A DNA stretch of 64,000 nt from a virus. Below, in pieces: positions 58,245-64,000 of the stretch. Within the stretch, counting starts at the first letter, position 1; each line of letters begins with the position of its first letter. The notes under the pieces are model-generated. The model was not told the DNA's origin and searched no databases. It saw only the letters and a program-made list of their open reading frames with translations. A program made the position numbers and the translations under genes. The DNA lies in IMG/VR virus record IMGVR_UViG_3300025881_000010, positions 1-64,000 of that record. One strand, written 5' to 3'.

Positions 58245-58511
58245 TTATTGTTTCGGTTCAATCGTCAACCAACCACCATCCGGTAACAACTTCAGGTTTT
58301 CAGTTTTTTTAATAATAATATCATCTGCAAGAACCTCATTGTAGATAATAATTTTTCCTACAAATTTTGGATCAAGATCCTTCCCAACTTTTAAAATTTC
58401 TGCAGCAGTTAATAAAACTCGATTAGATGCAAAATTGCTTTTAAAATAATCTGAAATAGGTTTGATCAAAAATTTTTTGGAAGGAATTTCAATGTCATTG
58501 TAGTCTTTCAT
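58245..58511 (-). CDS. divergent GroES-like co-chaperonin
   Basis: KFLIKP..AEILKVG..VG..IIY pattern, 88 aa, near groEL. Confidence 0.6.
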   Translation of the reverse strand: MKDYNDIEIPSKKFLIKPISDYFKSNFASNRVLLTAAEILKVGKDLDPKFVGKIIIYNEVLADDIIIKKTENLKLLPDGGWLTIEPKQ

Positions 58512-58526
58512 GTATATATAAATAAC

Positions 58527-58553
58527 GTAAACCCGCTGATAGTGCGGGTTTAC
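58527..58553. terminator. GC-rich hairpin / possible terminator
   Basis: GTAAACCCGC-TGATAGT-GCGGGTTTAC. Confidence 0.55.
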
Positions 58554-58672
58554 AGGTGATTAATAAAATAAGTTAATAAATAATTATGTGGGGGGTAGCA
58601 TGTAGTCATAGATTATTATCGCTTTATGGGATTGCTAATCTAGTCAAAACGTCAAAATGGCGCAAGTATTAT

Positions 58673-58912
58673 TTAAGAAAATTTCGGCATTAAAGTCAAA
58701 GCATGTTGTTTTGCCATTTCCAAAGACTCTCTCATTCTTTTTTGAAAATTTAATTTTCTTTGTTCTATCATTTCTTCAGTAGCATATATTGGTTGTGGAT
58801 CTATAACAAATATTCCATATCCATGCAACGATGCTATTGTATGAATAAAACCCCAATCATATCCTTTATCTAAAAGAATTTCATAAAATCTTTGATCTTG
58901 CCATTGTGCCAT
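58673..58912 (-). CDS. hypothetical protein
   Basis: ATG 58912 follows the upstream stop. Confidence 0.6.
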   Translation of the reverse strand: MAQWQDQRFYEILLDKGYDWGFIHTIASLHGYGIFVIDPQPIYATEEMIEQRKLNFQKRMRESLEMAKQHALTLMPKFS

Positions 58913-58914
58913 AT

Positions 58915-59235
58915 CTAAAAGTTTGAGAATATAAATCCACAATCATTTGGATTGCGTTCTTTGCTATTAATAAACATAATTTTGTCTCGCTTTATATGAT
59001 GCATCAATCTATCCAGATCTTCTTTACTTACGCTAGGCAAAAAGTCTATATCGTAAACTAAAACTCTTGGCGGTTCTACAAAATACTGTAATCCCAATAT
59101 AGGATCATAGTTGAATACCATCGTTGTCTGAATTGAATTTTTTAATTCTTCTGGATAAGGATTTACAGAAATCTTCTTATGAGTAATAGGAATTAAACCA
59201 GTCTCAATAGCCATCCTTCTTAATTCTTCGATCAT
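58915..59235 (-). CDS. small protein containing a portal-like segment
   Basis: DRLMHHIKRDKIMFINSKER versus portal DRVMHHIKKDKIMFINSKDR; ATG 59235. Confidence 0.75.
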   Translation of the reverse strand: MIEELRRMAIETGLIPITHKKISVNPYPEELKNSIQTTMVFNYDPILGLQYFVEPPRVLVYDIDFLPSVSKEDLDRLMHHIKRDKIMFINSKERNPNDCGFIFSNF

Positions 59236-59236
59236 A

Positions 59237-59422
59237 TCAATTTTGAATTTCTTTTTTAATAAATCTTTTTTGAAATTCTTGATTTTCCATAGCAAATAAA
59301 TAATCAAATACTTTTCGCTTATAAACTACAATTGTTATTCCTAATAATTTTTCACCCATTCCTGCAGTCATAGAATCAATTACTTCTATTTCTTCTTTAT
59401 TTTTTTTATCAGTATATATCAT
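59237..59422 (-). CDS. small SH3-like phage protein (VVY..F..E..EF..RF, DUF1653-like)
   Basis: Motif pattern. Confidence 0.5.
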   Translation of the reverse strand: MIYTDKKNKEEIEVIDSMTAGMGEKLLGITIVVYKRKVFDYLFAMENQEFQKRFIKKEIQN

Positions 59423-59608
59423 ATCATTTGAAAGTTATATAAAAAAAAAGCCGGCAATATTTCTATCACCGGCGCCCCCAATACCGAGAATAGTCCTACA
59501 CTACTCTCTGCACTATTTCAATCTCTTTCAAATGCCTTTCTCAAGGTGGACATCAGTAAGTGTCTCATCATTACCATATCTGAAATAATACTTCTACAAA
59601 TATATACT

Positions 59609-59623
59609 ACGTCATTTTGACGT
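59609..59623. promoter_or_regulatory. palindromic operator ACGTCA-N3-TGACGT inside a - strand TTG-N20-TATATTTG promoter
   Basis: Perfect palindrome; variants at 58649-58663 and 60595-60609. Confidence 0.65.
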
Positions 59624-59628
59624 GCAAG

Positions 59629-59657
59629 AAAAAAGCCTACTTTTTTAAGTAGGCTTT
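59629..59657. terminator. intrinsic terminator
   Basis: AAAGCCTACTT-TTTT-AAGTAGGCTTT. Confidence 0.75.
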
Positions 59658-59666
59658 AATTTTTTA

Positions 59667-59966
59667 TTAAGTGTAGACCAAATCATCCCGAATCCGAGGT
59701 TTTGTCCTCGAATCCAATAAGATCTCCGTACTAAGGAATCCCACAGTCTTAGAATAATCACCTTTTAATATCGCTACATGGTTGTCTACAAGAACAGCAT
59801 GAGAGATTAAACGGTAATCAAAATCTAACACAGAAATTACTTCCGGGCCTACGCTTAACTCTTTGTGAACAGATGCAACATCATCAACATGAACAATACT
59901 AACCTCGGGGAGAGTTAACAAAGCCAAGCCAATCATTCCGCATCCTACAATCAGAATCTTACGCAT
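59667..59966 (-). CDS. hypothetical protein with hydrophobic N-terminus
   Basis: ORF bounded by terminators. Confidence 0.55.
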   Translation of the reverse strand: MRKILIVGCGMIGLALLTLPEVSIVHVDDVASVHKELSVGPEVISVLDFDYRLISHAVLVDNHVAILKGDYSKTVGFLSTEILLDSRTKPRIRDDLVYT

Positions 59967-60106
59967 AATTGAAATAGTTGGTTAAACATTTATCGAAATA
60001 CCAAGATAGTAATTTTTTTCAATTAAAAAACCCAGCCTGTAGGGAGCCGGGTTTTATAATCTAGATGGGGGTTTCATTTATTTATCTGGAAGCAAATATA
60101 TAAAAA

Positions 60107-60562
60107 TTATCCATTACAACCATTACACTGAAACGCACACCTTTCATTATGATCAATATCATCACCACAATAAAAATCCTCGCCAGTTACAATAGGAGTT
60201 TTGAAAGTCATTCGGAATTCTCGATCACGCCTAACCTTATTCTCCCAAGCAGTATAATCAGCAACTACTTTTCCGTTAGGAATTTTTTGCCCAAAAGGCT
60301 TCTTACAACTAAAGCACTTAGCTTCTCCATTAATATCAAAAAGAATACCTAAAGATTCAGAAGGTGCACACTCACAATATCTGCTTTCAAAGCATTCTAC
60401 TTTTGGTAACGAATCTTTGCTTTTTTTATAAATAATCTTCTTTTGCTTTACATGCATACTGCCCTCTTCCATAATTAATGTGAAAGATTCTTTCCTCCAG
60501 TAAAATCTCCAGAAAATCAAAGTGTCCTCAGCCAACCAAAATTGCTTCTCACAATCATTCAT
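60107..60562 (-). CDS. Cys-rich zinc-binding protein, first gene of the - strand block
   Basis: CxC..CxxC and C..CxxQCxxC; ATG 60562 downstream of TATATTTG at 60583-60590. Confidence 0.65.
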   Translation of the reverse strand: MNDCEKQFWLAEDTLIFWRFYWRKESFTLIMEEGSMHVKQKKIIYKKSKDSLPKVECFESRYCECAPSESLGILFDINGEAKCFSCKKPFGQKIPNGKVVADYTAWENKVRRDREFRMTFKTPIVTGEDFYCGDDIDHNERCAFQCNGCNG

Positions 60563-60801
60563 AATATCAAGGTTTAATATCACAAATATAGTGAACGCCA
60601 AATTGACGTGTTCGCGTAACTCCGAAAAATTTTCAGAAAAAATTAAAAATTGGATTCACGGTTGCTTAATAGGGTTTTACCCCCTCCCCCCTTCGGGGTT
60701 TCGGGGGCCGCCCCCCTCTTGCGGAAATTCAAAAAAGAGAGTCCGTTTAGGCTCATAGGCAGGTAGACTATTCTCCAACTAAATCCTTAATACATATAAT
60801 C

Positions 60802-61059
60802 ATGGGATCATTTAAATCTATTACGTTCAAAGCAGTATCAATCGTAAGTGGCGAACTGCACTTTATGGCACAATCAACAGCTGATTCAATCAAGCACGCT
60901 GAAGGCTATCTAGGTCACAAGCTCACAGGAGCCAACAAGCAAGACATCATGTCTAAGCGAGTACAACTAACCAAGGCTCAACAAGCAGACTACAAGAAGT
61001 GTGCACAAACCTTGAGAGGTACTATGTCCAACAAGTTTAAGGCTATAACACTAGACTAA
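60802..61059 (+). CDS. hypothetical (probable early) protein
   Basis: First ORF after the strand switch. Confidence 0.65.
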   Translation: MGSFKSITFKAVSIVSGELHFMAQSTADSIKHAEGYLGHKLTGANKQDIMSKRVQLTKAQQADYKKCAQTLRGTMSNKFKAITLD

Positions 61060-61062
61060 GCT

Positions 61063-61146
61063 ATGACAACATTAGGCATCATCATCATCATCGTCCTAGC
61101 TATCTGGGAGAGCTACGAGTACTATCAACTACTAAGAAAGAAGTAA
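61063..61146 (+). CDS. 27-aa single-TM microprotein (not in ORF track)
   Basis: MTTLGIIIIIVLAIWESYEYYQLLRKK*; TAATG-coupled to next ORF. Confidence 0.6.
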   Translation: MTTLGIIIIIVLAIWESYEYYQLLRKK

Positions 61147-61280
61147 TGTACTACAAGATCCACGTTATCACCAATGTAATGCGCACCCGCAAGTGTGGTG
61201 TGCAAGAAGCTATCGCTTGGCTGGAACACAGACCAAGTGAAGGAGAATTCAAGTTTAACCCTCAAAACAAACAGTTATGA
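61146..61280 (+). CDS. 44-aa microprotein (not in ORF track)
   Basis: Start/stop overlaps at both ends. Confidence 0.6.
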   Translation: MYYKIHVITNVMRTRKCGVQEAIAWLEHRPSEGEFKFNPQNKQL

Positions 61281-61429
61281 GACCACGTATCTACAGACCG
61301 ATCAAAGCATCGGAAGATCACAAAGCAAAACGCGCTATTCAAGTAAGGCGTGAACTCAACGCCGGAAATTCAACAAATGATGTTGTATGGCGTAACATTC
61401 AACGAGATTGCGCTAGACTTAGCGCATAA
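61277..61429 (+). CDS. 50-aa basic microprotein (not in ORF track)
   Basis: ATGA overlap. Confidence 0.6.
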   Translation: MRPRIYRPIKASEDHKAKRAIQVRRELNAGNSTNDVVWRNIQRDCARLSA

Positions 61430-61454
61430 TTATTAATCAATTAAATTCAAGATT

Positions 61455-61772
61455 ATGTCAAGATTACGTATTACCAAGACCACAGTTGCCGCCCGTTCAA
61501 AGAACTATTGTACTGATAAAGTACAAGTAGGCAACCTCAACCCAACTCGTGAAGTTTACTACCACGATGTTGCAGACTTCTATGAACTACCATGGTGTAG
61601 ATTCAAGAAACAACTAATAGCTGCTATCTATGTGCAGCGAACACAGTTCAAAACTGATAAGGAGCATGCTACAGAACTCTATCAGCAGTTCAAGCAAAGC
61701 GTCAAAGTCATGCGACGTAGAATAGCAAGAGCCCAGTCCGAAGACCAGGCTCAATTTGATATAGCTTGCTAA
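61455..61772 (+). CDS. hypothetical basic protein
   Basis: ORF with A-rich leader. Confidence 0.6.
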   Translation: MSRLRITKTTVAARSKNYCTDKVQVGNLNPTREVYYHDVADFYELPWCRFKKQLIAAIYVQRTQFKTDKEHATELYQQFKQSVKVMRRRIARAQSEDQAQFDIAC

Positions 61773-61816
61773 TTAATAACCAATAGATCATTAATGCTGA
61801 CAAGCAAATATATGGA

Positions 61817-62230
61817 TTATTTATCACCGAAGTTTACTTCTGGCTTCTTTTTAAGGCCAAAAAGTGATTTTAACCAATCCATTTGTCGGCGATTATGATA
61901 GTTTATCATATTGGGATTGATATAATGATCACTCAGATCATATTGCAAGAATCCAGCTACCACAAGTTCCTTACGGTATCGACTGAATAGATTTCGGTCC
62001 ATGCTGAGGTCTTTGTAGGTAGCATTAACTACAATAGACTCCAGATCACAGCCGGCATTTACCTTATCAAGTAATGCCCACAGCAAGCTTCGAGCACTAG
62101 GCTTCAAGCTAGCGTATGCTTCAAGTGATTCCCGAGTAAGTTCATAAGTACGTGTGTATTCAATAGAGTGCTCACGGATTAGAGCTTTGATGGTATTAGT
62201 CATTAAGTCAAGTATTGGGTTAATTGTCAA
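61817..62230 (-). CDS. RepL-like winged-helix DNA-binding/replication protein
   Basis: A..LL..LL, HTH (MDRNLFSRYRKELV..GFL), Y.INP signature; start TTG 62230 or ATG 62203. Confidence 0.7.
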   Translation of the reverse strand: MTINPILDLMTNTIKALIREHSIEYTRTYELTRESLEAYASLKPSARSLLWALLDKVNAGCDLESIVVNATYKDLSMDRNLFSRYRKELVVAGFLQYDLSDHYINPNMINYHNRRQMDWLKSLFGLKKKPEVNFGDK

Positions 62231-62255
62231 GTTATATCATTGCAAACATAATAAA

Positions 62256-62347
62256 TTGTAGCCTAAGTCAGGCTACATTTATTCAAAAATTGTAGCCTAA
62301 GTCAGGCTACATTCTAAGGTACGTTGTAGCCTAAGTCAGGCTACATT
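62256..62347. repeat. three identical 24-bp palindromic repeats at 34-bp period (iterons/operators)
   Basis: TTGTAGCCTAAGTCAGGCTACATT at 62256, 62290, 62324. Confidence 0.95.
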
Positions 62348-62681
62348 TTCTTTTCTAACTATCTCATTACTATAGAGTTAAGTGAAAAGTCTGTACCAGT
62401 ATTACTATATAGTACGTGTACAAGCTATCAAAATTATGTACACACAATTACTATTACGTGTACTTGAACATTGACTCGGTAACGCTACGACGCCTTAATA
62501 CTATGCGTTCTGTAGCTGTAATACCGTTGTTACGTGATAATTTACTCTATCGCGTACTTTACAATTTCATTCTACAAGTAATACTAAGCAATCTCGATAA
62601 AAAGAGAGATTGTCTTAGAGAGGTACGATATCGTATTGTTATCTCATTCAAACAAATATTTAAGTTTAAAACTACAAGATT

Positions 62682-63164
62682 ATGAAGACAGTAAATTATT
62701 CAACAGTTGTTGTATCGTTCAAGGTTACAAAGTTCTTTGAAGCAAGAAGAGAGGCTAATGTAACAGTATCATTCATCAGTACTGATGGGGAAGTGATTTC
62801 GGAGAAGTCGCTACGTAAAGTTAAAGTAAGTGCATTATTGGGGTGGAGATTAACTCACAATGATGCTAGTGGTACTAAGTTCATTGAACTAAATAAGATC
62901 TATACTTCGAGTAATAATGAGAAGTTCAGAAAGACAAATCCATTGCAATTGGTACAATATGCTGTGGAAGGTAACTTGGAATACAAGTTGGCATGTGTTG
63001 AAGAGAGATCGCCAAAAGTAACTAAGCATTCATCTCCATTTGGAGGTGCAGATATGTTGGAGTTTAAGACAAGGTATCATTATGCTGAACATTACAGAAG
63101 ATTTAGAATTGCTTATAGTGCGAGAGTATTGAAGCAGAAAAGTAAAGAAGCTGTTACAGCTTAG
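62682..63164 (+). CDS. hypothetical protein
   Basis: ORF followed by a hairpin at ~63175-63206. Confidence 0.65.
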   Translation: MKTVNYSTVVVSFKVTKFFEARREANVTVSFISTDGEVISEKSLRKVKVSALLGWRLTHNDASGTKFIELNKIYTSSNNEKFRKTNPLQLVQYAVEGNLEYKLACVEERSPKVTKHSSPFGGADMLEFKTRYHYAEHYRRFRIAYSARVLKQKSKEAVTA

Positions 63165-63219
63165 TATAAATCATATCTCCCTTCTTCCTTAGCGGAAGAG
63201 GGAGATTAATATTTCATTT

Positions 63220-63621
63220 ATGAAAGTAGGAATGTTATGCAATAGAGGACATCAGTTTGTTGTTCAACAAAGTGAAGTAAACAAAACCATATTTAATAAT
63301 CTTGGTTTAAGCCAATGGCAGTATGATCAGAACTGTAATTTACAACGTGAATTAGAAGTTCTCAAAGTCATGCATCATGCTATTGACAAACATAAGGGTG
63401 AAGACTTGTCTGAATACAAAATGATTGCTGGAGTATATGATATACTTCAATCCTCACTCATGCGCAAAATTCAACAATACTCCGGTATTATTGAATTCAC
63501 TCATACTCAAAAGAAATGGCATTTAGTACCATTATCATTTGCGACTAAAACAAAATTAGGATTATTTATTAATCCGGAAGATGTAAGTGAATTCTTTATG
63601 GATTCATTTGTCTACATATAA
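63220..63621 (+). CDS. hypothetical protein
   Basis: ORF. Confidence 0.6.
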   Translation: MKVGMLCNRGHQFVVQQSEVNKTIFNNLGLSQWQYDQNCNLQRELEVLKVMHHAIDKHKGEDLSEYKMIAGVYDILQSSLMRKIQQYSGIIEFTHTQKKWHLVPLSFATKTKLGLFINPEDVSEFFMDSFVYI

Positions 63622-63629
63622 AAACAGTT

Positions 63630-63854
63630 ATGGCTAAAAGAAGATTCACAAGCGAGAAAAATGCTAGAGCATTTGCTAAGAAGATTAATGGAGAATTTAA
63701 AGATCTAAGGGACATACCTGGATCGATAAGTAAATTCGTAGTCAAGTATAACGGTACACCTAAAACTAAAAAGTTTTGGGATTCTGATCAATCTAATGAT
63801 TGGTCTCCAGAAGAAGGTAGAGATTTTGGTTATCCAAATGAATACTGGAAATAA
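63630..63854 (+). CDS. hypothetical protein
   Basis: ORF. Confidence 0.6.
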   Translation: MAKRRFTSEKNARAFAKKINGEFKDLRDIPGSISKFVVKYNGTPKTKKFWDSDQSNDWSPEEGRDFGYPNEYWK

Positions 63855-64000
63855 GAGCTTCTAAGCTAACATAATTACAACTTGGTAGGATTACATACAT
63901 CAAGCCAAAAACATTCAAGAGTACCTATAAGGATATACTGTATAGGTTTTAATCATTCAATTCAACAAACCTGATTGCAAGGGATTATAAAACGTGCTCA

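Noticed and set aside
59667-59966. Rossmann-fold dehydrogenase (ILIVGCGMIG)
   Set aside because: Only 99 aa, and the segment doubles as a hydrophobic signal/TM stretch; no rest of the fold visible.
9689-60562. Stop-codon reassignment as in some crAss-like phages
   Set aside because: Genes are full length in the standard code, and TAG, TGA and TAA all end tightly packed genes.
62256-62347. Mini CRISPR array
   Set aside because: Only three repeats with 10-bp linkers, far too short for spacers; no cas genes seen.
62416-62685. 89-aa ORF downstream of the palindromic repeats
   Set aside because: GTG start and atypical composition; region more likely regulatory/origin DNA.
1-64000. tRNA/rRNA genes, introns/inteins, DGR
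   Set aside because: No cloverleaf/T-loop signature, intein motif, reverse transcriptase or TR/VR pair recognised by eye; tRNAscan-SE and a self-dotplot would be needed to exclude them formally.

Overview
AT-rich 64 kb segment of a lytic crAss-like (Crassvirales-related, podovirus-type) phage, most likely infecting a Flavobacteriaceae/Bacteroidota host. The host inference rests on TAnnTTTG promoters, signal peptides cleaved before Gln, and the lack of obvious Shine-Dalgarno motifs. 1-9.6 kb (+): end of the replication/nucleotide module (SF1 helicase C-terminus, 5'-3' exonuclease, PD-(D/E)XK nuclease, dUTPase), then an accessory island built from nested inverted repeats. 9.7-60.6 kb (-): late module. 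In transcription order it holds small genes, GroES/GroEL, putative nucleotide-signal sponges, terminase, portal, scaffold, major capsid, ring proteins, tail fibres, membrane/lysis genes, muzzle, three ejection proteins and a 3969-aa virion RNA polymerase polyprotein. 60.7-64 kb: divergent switch to small (+) genes, plus a RepL-like gene next to three 34-bp-periodic palindromes. Main findings: (1) an 'inside-out' attC-like cassette array (6.2-9.6 kb), where genes sit inside cassette-specific, covarying AAC...GTT inverted repeats separated by ~100-nt structured spacers; (2) four GMDAR motifs that partition the vRNAP polyprotein around a zincin protease domain; (3) a small orphan protein carrying a synonymously recoded copy of a portal segment (possible portal decoy). 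All calls come from reading motifs by eye; no database searches were run.
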